Source of the DNA: Lingula anatina
Lineage: Eukaryota; Animalia; Brachiopoda
NCBI GenBank assembly: GCA_051362555.1
Contig: CM120647.1
Coordinates: 16,220,651-16,284,650, forward strand
DNA length: 64,000 nt
Direction: 5' to 3'
The translations under genes and the position numbers were made by a program. The notes under the pieces were generated by a model. That model was not told the origin of the DNA and did not search any database. It saw only the letters and a list, made by a program, of their open reading frames with translations. This document shows positions 11,434 through 25,300 of the stretch, piece after piece. Positions within the stretch are counted from its first letter, which is position 1, and each line of letters begins with the position of its first letter.

Positions 11434-12570
11434 AAAAAATGGTATTCGTCTTCTACATCATAAATATTATGTTTTTTACAGATTAAACAGTCTATTGCAT
11501 CTTTCTATACCTCTCCATCTACCGCTCTCAATATTTAGTAGGTGATTTGCGCATCTGAATCTTGCTAGTGAGGTTCTATGTTTTACATTTTTAACACTTA
11601 ATAAGTAACACTCCAGTGTTAACGTGCTCTTAAATAATGAATAAGTATCCAGTTTGCTACTCTTACATATGTCACTGTGCCATATTTGGCCAGCATTATC
11701 TACTAATCTTTCTCTGAAAACTTTAATAAATAAAACAGAATTTCCCACACCCTGAGCCTCCCAGACATATCCAAATCCATATCTATATAACAACATTTTA
11801 ACATCTGTGGCCCAAGTGTGCCTTCCACTTGAATCTAATTTAAATAGCATATCATATACATGAGCAGGATAGCGATCTTCATTCATATGTACAAGCTTTA
11901 ACCAATATTTAATAATATTTACCATATAATTGGTATACAATGGATATCTTCCGCATTCGCCTAGTACAGCTTCCGTCACAGTATTTGAACTAACACCTAA
12001 TAAATATCTACAAAATTTTGCTTTGAAGATTTCAGTACTTTCTACTGGTTTATAACCCCATATCTCAGCACCATAGAAAAGAATGGGTGTTATCATTCTA
12101 TCAAAAAGAAAGAAAGCTTCCTTAAAGGAAATACATGCTTGTTTTTTCAAATATAACTTAACAACAAATAATGTTTTATTGGCTTGGTTGATTTGATGTT
12201 GGATAGTTTTACCCCAACCGAGGAAGGCACCAAAATATGTTCCTAAGTATTTATATGCAGGTACTGCTTCTAATTTTTTGCCCTTGAAAAACCACCTTTC
12301 ATTTTTCTTTATTTTACCACCTCTCCTAAATACTACTATTTTTGTCTTTTGGACATTTACTAGCATACCATACTGACTGCAATATTTTTCTAATTGATGA
12401 ATTTGTTTCTGTAACCCCCCAACAGTGTATGAAATGCATACAATGTCATCAGCATAGAGCAAAGACATGAGATTTGGAAACACCTCATTTATGTAAATAC
12501 ACTGACATCCAGCTTTGTTCAAACTATGATAAAATTCATTTATGAATAATGTAAATAGAAAAGGACTTAG

Positions 12571-13869
12571 TATCACGGCGGGATTGGGGATCAGATCCAC
12601 CGCGACATAGGTCCAAGAATAAATCAACACAACTTAGTATGTACTTCAGGTTTATTCCTGGTCAAGAGCTGGGACCTCCAGTCAGCTTGTTCAGCTGTCT
12701 GGTGTAGCCAAGTCCAGTCTTCCTTCTCAGAGAATACATACATGTTATATAGCCTATCTGAACAATGCACAATGAACAATGAACTTAATTACAGGTAGGA
12801 CGATGACTTAAGTTTAAATTATAATTAAAGAGTGTGGTCGGAGACGTCTGGCTATGCTAACAGAGAGACCACTGTCTGACCATTTCCTTTGAAGCCAAAT
12901 GACACATCCGACCCATTAATTTTACAATAATTCAGTTGTGATAGATCTCCCTTGGTTGGCAAAATTTGTGCCTCAAATTTTAAAATTAAATAATATTTAA
13001 ACCATATATCTTATTCTGTATAATGTACTCAAACATAATTTGTAGAACTTAGTCTGAACTTAATGCAACAAAAATCACATATGCAAATGTTACACTTTAC
13101 TCACTACATGTACATGTGCTGCATTACATGTTTCTCTTACAACATGAAATTAAAATGTGTCTGTCTCCCTATAGGATCAGTTGCAGGCAGCAACATTGTA
13201 ACCTTGCAGACTTAAACCTCTTTCTGCATTACCCCTTCTATCGGTATACTACATGTGCCCTTACATTCGCCTGTCAACAAACACTACTTCAGCACCAACA
13301 TATTTACTTATCCTTTCAAAAAAATATGTCACTCTAAAACATGTTGTAGATAACAGCAGTTGTATTCATGGAACAGTGTAAGTTTACATTTTCATGATAT
13401 TATTACATTAGTTCTTGGACTAATCAATCTAAAACAAGTTAAAGTTACACAGATACAAAACATACCAAAATTTTAGTGCAAAGGTTGAGCATAAACAAAC
13501 AATATGATTATAAATACAAATACGAGTAAGAAGTTATTACAATGATTAGCTAAGTATGTCCTTGCTCTCACCCATGTGGCTCTGAAGGTAGAGAAAAGGA
13601 GATATAAAGGCTTGACCAGTATCTCAACCAGAACCAACTAGGAAGTATACTGGTACAAAAGAAAAGATTTAAGAAAAGAGAGACCACACCAGGTAAAGAC
13701 AAGATCTTACCAGTTTCTCATTTTAAATAAGCCAAGGTTTAATAATTATTATAAAGATGTCTACTGCCTTTTCCTCTTTGATAAAAGTTTCTGTGATTTC
13801 CTTGCTGTTTGTGTCCCAATTCTTTGTTCAGTTTTTACTCTTTAATTTTACAATAATTCAGTTGTGATA
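12571..13869 (-). mobile_element. Internally deleted LTR-retrotransposon-like insertion (complete 3' LTR 12571-12943, 28-bp remnant of the 5' LTR)
   Basis: 4-bp TSD TTAG (12567-12570 and 13870-13873) interrupts the codons GCM|LSP of the outer LINE. Termini are TATCAC...GTGATA. An identical 28-mer occurs at 12916-12943 and 13842-13869. A purine tract (caagggagatc, minus strand) directly precedes the 373-bp LTR, which contains TATA-like and AATAAA motifs. Confidence 0.75.
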
Positions 13870-15595
13870 TTAGCATGCATCCTTGTCGAGTGCCCATGTT
13901 ACATTTAAAATACTCAGTAAGGCCTAAATTTGTTAGAACACATGATTGCAGTTGGGAATACATAGAGCGTAAAACTGTGACGACATGTCCATTCACACGG
14001 TTTTTTGCAAGTACATACCATAATAATACTAAAGGTCATACTGTATTGAACATGGTGACGCGGTGATACCGTATTCATGTTCTCTTGTTCTCGAAAACTC
14101 AATCATCGAAATTGAATTACTTTTTTTTAGTTTTGTCTTAAATTAAGCTGCCACACTGTATTCCGTGCGTTTAAAATTTAACCGTCTGTAAAAATAGCAA
14201 TAATGCATTACTAGCAACACTTACGTTACGCAATGAAGCACCGAAAATGGGTGAAGAAAATGTGTCTCAGTAATGCGTGTTTGCCACTCATAATGCACTG
14301 TACTTTCTTTGAATAAGCAATAAACTATTTGTGATCTTAGGTTATCCATTGTTCGTTATCAGAGTTAACAGATTCTTTGTGTGATTTTTTTTTTCAGAAT
14401 CCCAAGAGTGGATGCCTTAGTGAGCACAGAACAGATATCACCATTGGTCCACATATGTCAGGAAGAATGTTATAATTATGAACTTTGTGTTACACTGAAC
14501 TTCATTTTGTTAAATTTTGTATTTAACTGAACTTTATTGTGTTAAAATAATAATAAAAAAATAATAATTCAGATAAAAAACTACAATCTGGAACATTCTT
14601 TAGATCAACTTTGTTCAGTGTGTGTGTCCCATGTGACAGAGTTACAGTAAATAAAATATGTGCATTATTCCTCTGTGTTTGTCAATTCCATTTTAAAAGC
14701 ATGTGAAAGTGGTGTGCCCCTCATGATTGAAGTGTGTATGGATAATAGCAAAAATATTGTTATTATTTACATGATTATAAAAAGTTTTTGTACCCGCGTC
14801 AATAACGTTACCGTGACCCACATATTCACCATTTTTATTAATTATGAAATGTGGATTAAATTCTTCAAACCCAGTTTTGAAGCATTGAGACAACACCCCC
14901 TTATGATTTAAACTAAAACTGAAAACATTCCATTAGACTTTCATTAGTTTGTGCAAAATATATTACCCAGGGTAACGCGTCTTGGATTTGGTGGGTATAG
15001 CTGTTCAACTCTCCTGTATGCCCTAAAAAGGGCAGCTGCTGTTTCCCTTTTTAAGAAATGATGGTGATGGTGATGTGATGGTGTAGCTATCACATCGCAA
15101 AATTACAGCTTCCCAGAGAAAGTTTGAAATTTTGGGTCAAATTCAACATTTTGTAACCACTAGCAAAGAATGACAGATATAGAACACAGAAAAGAACTCT
15201 TTAAAATAATACAAAGCAGCCACACATGCTTTGCACATTTAAACAACAAAGAAAACAACATAAATTCCACTACATAGTGAACAATCCAAACGAAACAGTG
15301 ATAATTTCCTTGGCCAAATTCCTTACCCTTGCTTTTAAAAAAAGACACTGTGCTACATCTTCCACTTCATGATGTCTATCAATAATTACTATAAATACGA
15401 AGATTTAGTTCACATAGTAGAAACATTGGTGCATTTCTACATAAGTAATTTTGGTGCTATTTATTTATGTATTTTACTATCATCATTATTATTGCTGCTA
15501 TTACCTTATCTATGTACACTTTCACCAGCTCAGACTGGTGCAGAAAGTATGAATAAAGCATGTATTTCCCTGGGTTACCTAAAATATTCAAAGAG

Positions 15596-16850
15596 CACTA
15601 AAAAAAATCCGAGTGCATTTCAAATAGTTTTACCCATTCTTGTGGTCGGCCCGAATGTTAAAAACTTTCGAAGAAAATTATTGAATGGCATTTGAATAGT
15701 ATTCTAACTATACTATGACTGCATTTTAAATATTTTCGCGGCATTCTGGCAACATTCGAAACATTCTGATCACATTCGAGGAACCGAGAAACTAATCCGG
15801 AACCAGCAAAAATCAAACAGAACCAGCCGGAATAAATTAATTAAAAAATTCGAGGAACCGAGGAACTAATCCGGAACCAGCAAAAATCAAACAGAACCAG
15901 CCGGAATAAATTAATTTAAAAATCCGTGCCATAATCGGGAGGGAATATTGCAAATGTTGTTAGAATGCAGTCAGAATATTCCAAATGAAATTCAAATGCA
16001 AATTCGAGTGTGGTTTGACTGCTGGCCGAATACAGGCTGAAGTATGTAGGAAGGTGCCTCGGATGATATACGAAGCGAACTCAAATGCAGTCAAAATGCT
16101 CCCGGTATGGCTGCCAATGATGGTTTGAATTATAAATAATTCAAATAGAATGCAGCTGAAATGCCCAAAATATTTAAAATTACTTTCTAACATGTTTAGA
16201 ATGCAACACGATGCCCAGAGTGTATGAATAACGCCACTGAAATGGTAACTGCTCAGAATGTTTCGAACGCTGTCGGAATGCCGTGAAAATATTTAGAATG
16301 CAGTCAGACTCATAGTGCAGTTAGAATACTGTTAAAATGCCATTCGATAATTTTCCACTTGGAATGCACTTCGAAAGTTTTTGACATGAGCAAAACATTC
16401 GAGCCGGCCACAAAAATGGGTAAAAATATTTGGAATGCACTCGGAATTTTTAGAATGCTCTTCGAATATCCTGGAATGAACAAGGAATTGTATTTCCGAC
16501 AGCATTCTTTATCATTCCACCTCTAGAGTGACGGAAGTATAAAATCCCGCCAGAATGTTTCGAATGTGCCTCGGATGAGCTGAAATATTAATTTTGCCAG
16601 CAATCGAACTACACTAGTACGCCATTCAAAGTATATTCTAAATATTCTTACTGCCTTCTGACAGCATTATTGATATTCCTAGTTTTCCAACTACATTCGA
16701 ACTGCATTTGAGAGCTAATACAGCCGAAAGTGTACTTATCATTCCAGGCGAATTCAAGCGCATTCCAACGGTACTCTTACAAGAATTAAGGTCAATTGAC
16801 CCATTAGAGCCTGCGTCATCAAAACAAACGGCAGCCATACTGGAGGGAGA
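15596..16850. mobile_element. Rearranged non-autonomous DNA transposon remnant rich in GAATGC/TTCGAA motifs
   Basis: ~15596-15770 is an imperfect inverted repeat of ~16252-16460. A 74-bp tandem duplication lies at ~15775-15922. A terminus-like GTGACGGAAGTA+TAA at ~16528 resembles GTGACGGGGGCA+TAA at ~18838 (3-bp TWA flank, as in PIF/Harbinger). Confidence 0.55.
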
Positions 16851-19800
16851 CCGGAATCGTCTGCTGCGCATGAACAAGCCATGTCTGTAGTTCAGTTTTC
16901 GTTTTCTGTATTTTCTTTGATATTTAACAGAGCAAAATGATGAATTACTGCAGGTTATTTGATCGAGAGAAGATAACTAACTTTACAAGCGTTCACAGAC
17001 TGCCTGCAGTGGTAACAATCCATGGTGAAGGAACTAAAACCATAAACGGAGGAGAGACGGCGAGGTGGCTTTGAATCAAGACTCTTCGGAAAAGTAAAGG
17101 ATAAAACTAATTTATTTTATAGCAAAGAATGAAGAGCCAACCAAAGACCTAGGTGTGTACGTTTGGGGCGCACGTACACTGCCGATATATATAAAGTAGT
17201 GCCCAAAAAGTTTGGGTCGAGAGTGTGTTAATTTGTTAAAACGTGTGGAAATACCCAGGCAGGGTTTCGACTTTTATAATGAAGGCTCACCTATTGCCTT
17301 GGGTGTAATTTGTTATCAGTTACGGTGCTCTCTAGATTTTATCGGCTGTCACCTACCTCTTTAATACCTGGTTAGCATTATTGCCAATTAGTGTCAAGGC
17401 TATATTGGTACTGTACACAGCTGAGCTGGGCCAATTAAATCAATTACCTGTAATTGGTGTAGTGATAAGAGTAATTTTATTTTGCAAGTAAATTCTACCT
17501 CAGGTGTAATTGACATATAACCTCACGAAATGAATTTGCACTTTCCTCTGTAAAAATATTAAAATTCTGCTCCTTTCAACTGTAATGTTGTAAGTTACAA
17601 TATGAATAAAAATCACTATTGTTATCTTTCTATTAATTTACATTTAGGAAATTGATCAGGCATTTCCCACCAAGCCACACTGATTGGGTGCAAGTAAATT
17701 ATAAAAAAAAAAATAATAATAAATAAAAAAATAAAATAAAAAACGGAAGCTTTTGATGTCAGGTACAAAAGGCAGCCAGATGACACACAAGGTAGAAGCA
17801 GCAAAAAATATTCCTGGATCTTTGTGACCAGCTGAGGAGACAGGATCTGAACATCAGGAGAGTGAAATCCAGTGTATGACAGGAGTTATTTAATTGAAGC
17901 GACACTCAGACCTCAGCATTTCATGTTCACTTTTATTCATACAAAATGTGCACTTTTCCTATATGTTTAAGCAAATGGTTGCAGAAATGAAAATCAATTC
18001 ATGAAGTGAATTATTGTTATTTTACATTGGACATCATAAATACATAAGTGTGAAAAATGCCTTGCTTCTGTGAATGACTGAATAATAATAAAATCCTAAC
18101 AATGTTGCATATATGAATGGTTGCATTCGTGGTGAATATTGAACTCTCTCAAACAACAGTCTTGTTACATGTACTTTCTAATGAACCAGTATGAAGTACA
18201 AGAATGCTGAAATAATTTCTGACAGCTTCACGATGTAGAGATAAGTCATAACTGACAGCAATATTTCATGTCTTAAGACAATCCTGCATACATTCTTCCT
18301 TGAGTCCACAAGGGTTTATCCTGATGATCAGCTCAAATTTCTCCTTATATATATATCTATCCTTTATGAAAAAAGATGCTTCTATGTAAGGTTAAACTTA
18401 TGATTACGCATTAAACTCTCTCAAACTATAACTGTTATTACCCAATGAACAAGAAAAATGAAGTACAAGATAACTGAACTATCTTCTGACGATGTTGGAT
18501 AAGTAGCATTTGGTAGGATTTCACGTTTTTAGACTGTCTTAAGTTCATATTGGTCGATCCCGCTAATCAGCTGAATCTTCAGCTTGTAAATATCCTTTTC
18601 CCTTTGGTGTACCTGATCGCGATATGAAGTTTATTTTATTTTATTTGGTTCACCTATATTACCGCTACTATTCCCCGTCGTTCATTCCCTCCAGCATGGC
18701 CGCGGGACTAGTGTTACGGAGCAAATGTGACGTCACTGTAATGGGTTAATTTGAACTCTTTTCCCGAATGTGGTGCGAATTTTTAAAATTCTTCATTCAG
18801 CCTCATTCTTCTTGATTCCTGCTGATTCCGATTAGGTGTGACGGGGGCATAAACGGCAGGGTCTTGAAAACATCACGCTCTGCAGATATGAACTCTGGAG
18901 ATATGAAAAAGAATTAGGCCTAATAGAAACGCTCTAGATGTAACATGCCTTCCAGTTCTGCTGATCTGTGTGTGTGTGTGTGTGTGCCAATTGATACTTG
19001 ATGTAATGGAGCAATGGTAGCAATTGTTTTAAACAAACAAATGTGATATAAAGGATAATTGTTTACCTTTAGATTTCTGAAAATAAATTCTGTTCATGGT
19101 ATGGTTTAGAACTATGATTCACCTGTTCAAAATTCTAATTTTAAGAGGGGACCAGAAATCGAAGAGGGGGTCAAGACCCCCTGAACCCCTTCTAAATCCG
19201 CCACTGCTGTTGATTTTATCTATTAAACCTGATTTTTAGTCCAAATAGGTACAGCCCCCCCCCCCCCCCCCCCTTAAACTCACCTGAGACTTATTGTATC
19301 TGAAAGCACCTTTACGCAAGAGTCCCCTGTGATACAGAGCCTGGTTTTCATTCCTCTACACAGAGTTTGACCCACTTACGTCAAGCTAACCCTAACCTAT
19401 ATAAATCTTATGGATGGAGGACTATCTGTTATATGGAAACTTGGTTTCAGTCACAGGTTTCAATTGACATTTTATATACAATATGTACTGTATATATTTA
19501 TTGACAAATTATTTATGAAAACTATAATATCATAAAGATTAGGGTCCTCTAACACCTAGAACACTGTATCTCACATGTATGTAATTATGTAATAGCAGTC
19601 TGTTTAAGAAATCAAAACCAAAAATATCCTCAAATGTTTCACAATGAACAGAATTTATTTTCAGAAATCTAAAGTTAAATATTCATCCTTTATATCACAT
19701 TTGTTTGTTTTAAACAGTTGCTACCATTGGACCATTACATTAAGTATAAATGTAAGAAAACTGTATTCAAATGACTGGTCAAGAATACAATACAATAAAA

Positions 19801-20327
19801 TAAAATAAATTTTAAAAGTAAACTAAAATAAGTCTGGAGTTTAAAAAACATAAGAGCTAATCTAACTTACAATGTACATTTTAACCCCCCCCCCCCCTCC
19901 CTCAAGAAAAAAAAGAAAAAACATCACTCAAAAGTCCCAAAAAGTCTACATTGTGATACAACACTGTTTGCATACAAAAACAACATGGAAAAACATTCTT
20001 TCTCTGCAGAGTTAAGTGATAAGAATGACTATTAACAAATAGAATATTTTCTCTATTTTTAATATAATTGACAATCTTAATAATAAAAATGCCACCTTAA
20101 CACTTTCATCTTCAGGTAAAACTTCCTAAGTCCAAACCCAATACAATTATATCCCAACCAAACCATTCATGTATCTGTATACATGATATAGTATTTAAAT
20201 GCTCAGTGATGGTTTCATTAAAATATTCTACGCATAGGACTTGGTGATGCTCAGATGCTCCTGATATTGTGGTGTCACTAACATTGTGATGTCACAAATG
20301 CTGTGATGTCACCTATTTAGCATCACT

Positions 20328-22344
20328 TCAGTAGGCTGGATGGGTGTCTCTTTTCTTTGGAACTGAAATAAAAGGATTAAAAGAATATCTTTAAGTTATC
20401 AACTGTATTAAAATATCAAACTGTGGGCCCCTGAATACTCCCATCTTTTACATCTAGTGACATAATTAAACCTCAACCCATATTTTCTTACAAAAAAAAT
20501 AATAAATAAATAAATAAATAATACTATACATCTTCCAATAGAAATCCAACTCTTTAAAGCCCAAGACACTATAAAACAATTCAGAAATTTTGTATTTAGA
20601 ATAAGAGCTGGAATAGACACTTAACACTTATCAAGAAAATAAACAATAGAAAAAATTATAAATAAATAAATAAAATTGACACCACTGAAGTGGAAAAGAG
20701 AGGGAATATTGCAAAGGGCTACTACCGTTCTTCCTGGGCCGTGACCAGCCGGCCGTGGTGCTGGCGTCCGAGTCCTCTGGGAGCTGCCATACATGACCTC
20801 TCTGGTCACCAGGGTCTGCTGTGGGGGGACGGTAGGTGTCCTCCTAAAACAGGAGTTGTAGAATTATAACTTGACAGTTAAACATTACCCCAGGGATAGG
20901 CAAGTCTGTATTTTTTTTTTTTTATAAATTATTGCAAACTGTGTAGAAGTGCTGATATCAGATTAGTTTGAAGGTCTTCCCATCCCTCTTCTCTAGCTCT
21001 CTCCAATTATTTCTCCCTTTCTCTCTCTCTCTTAGATTGCATGAGTTAAGCTAAAACCATCACTATCTCAGACCTATTTCACACTACAGCTTATAGTTAG
21101 GCAGAAAATTGCTTAAGCAAAATATGATGACAACTTAAAGTCAACAACAACAAAAATAATAATAAATACCTCTGATTCATCTCCCTCCATTCTTTCCCCT
21201 GCTGTCCAAGTCCTGTTGCCAAAGTTACCAGGTGGTGGACTGCTGCCCTGTTTTCTGTAAGTCGTCTGCTCTAACTTTGCGAGAGGAGCCGTGGCTGCCA
21301 TAACATGAGCACCACCTGGTGGTCGTCTGCCGCTTCTGGCTGTGGAAGCTTCTGAGATTGGAGGGGATGGATCACGACTGCAAGATAACAAATATGTCAC
21401 TGATAGTTCATTTTTCCAGAGAAGCAAGACTGAGAATTCTCTAAAAGTGAATAAAAATGCTTTACCATTGTACTTGTCAAAACTAGTAGATGACGTACAT
21501 GAAACCATAATAAAAACAATTTGTATGAGGCATACATTTTGGTCTTACTCTTCAAATTAGCCCTTAGGGTTTCACATTTCTTGTTGTTCCTGCCTGTTTG
21601 TGCTTATTGCACTAACAAAAAAACTCATATTTCTAATGATTAATAAACAGATTTAAATACATAAATAAATGTAAATAAATAAATAACAGAATATATTGAT
21701 TATTGTCACCATATGAGCTAATCCCTTACCCATACATATGCCTGCCTTTGGTAGGGATACCAGCTGGACTGAACATATGGCTGCCCTTTCTTGGGGTCAA
21801 GGTTTCTGCTGCAAACACAAAATATAATAATATTGAAATTATAATACTTTGACAATCATACAGGCAATTTATACTTCTGTGCAAAATTATTACTTAAAAA
21901 AAGGTGAATTTGACATATATGAAATGTGTGTTACAGAGGCATAATGACAGACAGCTGAACACACAGCCAACCAACCAACCAGCCAGACAGACAGACAGAC
22001 AGATCGACAGAGAGACAACATGTAATAAATGTTTGCTTAAGTTTGCAACTTTGGGATAAACTGCAAGAATTTTGCTGCCAATTAATTATGCATATCATCT
22101 GCCCAATTTATCAATAAATCTGATAGACCTTTGATATAAATATAGATACTGACAGTTGATATAAATATCTGCCACACCTTGATCTGATGACGGTGATATG
22201 GTGGAACCTTTAGGAACGTTTACACTGGTTAAAGCAGATCTCCCTGGACCTCTCCTGGTCCGTACCATTCTATTTTATTTATTTATTTTTATTCTATTCT
22301 ATTATTTTTATTTATTATTTTTTTATTTACTATTATTATTATTT

Positions 22345-22375
<31 letters not shown>

Positions 22376-25300
22376 TTTTTGAAAATATGAGGATATATTT
22401 AACATCATAACAAAACTGTCTGGAACAAGAGTATTTTTCTCATTGTTCCTCCTTACAATCAAACAAACAAAAACCTCAAGCCCGTTTAAAGATACACTTA
22501 CAAAAATTTATCAATCATTTTCTTTTGTTTTCTCATACTGGTGAAATTTTTAAAGGCCAAAGGCAATCTGAAATCATATTAACAATGTAATGCATGTTAA
22601 TTTGTTGCAAACAGCTGTGAACCAGGTAAGTTAAAAAAGGTTTTGTGTAGTGTAAACAGGGACTTGGATAACCAATTATAATCAGTGGCCTCAATTAAAG
22701 CCACACTCCATCTACATATAGCAGAATCTGAGTTAATTAAAGCACTCGGTAATACAGCATCATGATGACCACAAGGTTGACCACCATTGCTACACTGCTG
22801 GTGTTGGCTCACCTGGCCTGGGCAGGTAAGAACCAATTCCCCCTCTCCTTTTGATTAAATTATTTATTATGATTATTATCATTTGACAAGCATGTATTTT
22901 CACTATATACTTTGTAAAAAATTAATCCACAATATGTTTACAGGTAAATTGCTTTTTATGACAAAAAAGATTAAGTTCTGAACCTTTTTCAGAACAATAA
23001 ATTGTATGTAAACTTGATAATCCAAGTCACACTGTCATTTGGCTAATAGATAGCTTGCAATATTTATTTATTTATTTATTTATTTATTTACTTATTATCA
23101 TTTTTCAAAAAAAAAAAAGATTTAGTTGAGAAGTTTATAAAAAATTTTAACATGTCACCAACAAATATGATACTTATGATACACAAGTGGAAATTTCATC
23201 AGCAATATGAATAATATATCCAGACCAAAAATTGGGTATATTGTCTGCAGTAACGTGTATAAACAGGGACTCAAATCTAATACTTGGATTTTGGAAACAC
23301 CCAAACACAGCTGCAAAGAAAAATATCCAAACCAAGAATTGTCAAACTTATCTCATACCTTTCAGCTTACAGTAAATACATATCAAAACATTCTGTCATA
23401 AAAATAATCCAGAAAAGGCAATTAATCAAAACAAAACAGTCCATCTTGGCTTTAACTGAAGCACAATTCAAACATATATCCTATCATCCATGGAAAAAAG
23501 TTTTCAGGATTATGCCTGATTTTAGGTTTTCAGTCTTCATTTTGACGTTTTTTCAAGTGGTCTAAATGTGATGAAAAATTGCAAGTAACTTTTTGAGGAT
23601 TTTCAACTTTTTACAACTTTTACCTAGAAACATAAGCTAACAGCCAATATATATCAATACATTCCATCATCAAAAAAAGAAATAAAAATCAATGAAAACA
23701 ATTATTCACAACCACATTCCATCTTGTCTTTAACAGACATACAATTCAAAGTTACATTTTCTACCTTCAGAAACACCAAAGAACAAGTGTACAGACAAGT
23801 GGCAAAATGAATACATCATCTACCCAGGGTCCCAGTGTACCAAATTTGTGCAATGGGCCAAGAACTCTCCCTCCGGAAGAGTTCTTGCTTGTCCGGCACG
23901 TATGAGATTCAATGTGAAAACCTGTCACTGTGATCTGATGACCAATGTCCAGTGTCCAGGTAAGATTGGCAGTCTACACTTGAAACTTCTCAGCAAATTG
24001 GTTAGTTGGTTAAAATGACCTCCGAAAAATAGTTGTCTAAATCATACAATTATGTCCTGCGGATGATATCTATGGGTTATGGAAACATACATACCGATAG
24101 CTTAAACAGCAGATAAAATATCTGTTAATTCAATTTCACCAAAAAACTTCAGAAAGTATTATTTTTACTTGTCTGATGCCAAATCTGCTGGTCGATTGCT
24201 TTATGCTTAATGTAGCAAATTGCATTTATATATTATTATCATTTCATTATTATTATTATTATTATTCCAGCGTCTAAGCCCCCCATAGACTGTACTGATC
24301 TCCGCCAGGCTGGTATCCCTTACTCTGGCATCTATAACTTCACTGTGGGGACGTGTGAAATGGCCGCCTACTGTGACATGGAGGGTCCAGATGGAGGCTG
24401 GCTGGTCAGTAGTCTCTCTCCTCCCCCTCCTCTCTCTCTCTCTCTCTGCAGCTCAGTAAATAAACAAGCCAAGGCCATTGTTTGTCAAATATATCCAGGG
24501 ACAAATGTAGGCCATCTTCTGGGTCTTCCAGAAAACGGCCAGAAGTTTAAGTTTACATTGGTAGGCATATGATTTTTTTCTATGAGAAGACGGTCAAAAA
24601 TGGAGGATGAATTAACAATATGAAATAAGTAATATGGAAGACGGTTAGAAAATATCTCTGAATTTGCCCCTGACATCAACTTGTCTTCTCATATAATATC
24701 AAAAACCATACAGATACATAACAAATAAAATGTCTTAAATATTGGTCAAGCTAGCTAAAAATAAAAGTTTGTTTCACATCTTCCATTTCCAGTTGATCCA
24801 AAAACGAGAGACCAGTGTTCAGAATTCATTGGACTTCTATCAAGACATGAGGCATTATGTCGGGGGCTTTGGACAACTGGGGTTTGAATTCTGGTGGGGT
24901 GAGCATGAAGTTTATTTATCTTTTATAGTTTAAAAATTATTTTAATAAGATTTTTACTTGGAAACACAATTTACGTAATTCAAGACACTTCATGTAAATT
25001 CATAAAAAAATCTCTTCATTTTGATATGAACAGAATAAATATTACATATGAAGATTAAAGCATTAATAAAACTTTATCAAATGTATTACTGAATTGCAAG
25101 TGTACACTTAATTTTAACACTTTTATTATTAATTAATCTTGTTTATTGCTTGACTTGATTTTGAATCCTTCAAGTTTTAGTTTTTAACCATGAAGTGAGT
25201 TATTCCTTTCACTAGTGCCACCACATACCTACAAAGCAGTCTAATTCATTTGAGGTTCTTTTGTCCACCTTATCAGGTCTGGACAACCTCTACCAAATGA

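Larger units (their letters stand above)
7275..14027 (-). mobile_element. 5'-truncated RTEX-like LINE (outer element), split into three pieces by two later insertions
   Basis: 13-bp TSD ACTAAAGGTCATA at 7262-7274 and 14028-14040. Pieces 14027-13870 (LLWYVLAKNRVNGH...YFKCNMGTRQGCML), 12570-11434 (SPFLFTLFINE...LLYADD...EDEYHF) and 7602-7275 (YHFLMTCVAYTELREKY..., 3'UTR with (TTA)n, ending aataaaactaaaactaaac) join into one RT-CCHC coding sequence with a frameshift near 11485. Confidence 0.9.

Noticed and set aside
11434-11490. In-frame fusion of the outer LINE (EDEYHF) to the inner LINE ORF2
   Set aside because: The junction is in frame, but the outer element is 5'-truncated, interrupted and frameshifted just upstream, so no fusion protein is expected.
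12571-12630. N-terminus MLIYSWTYVAVDLIPNPAV of the 384-aa ORF
   Set aside because: Chance read-in from the inserted LTR; the real upstream RT sequence lies at 13870-14027.
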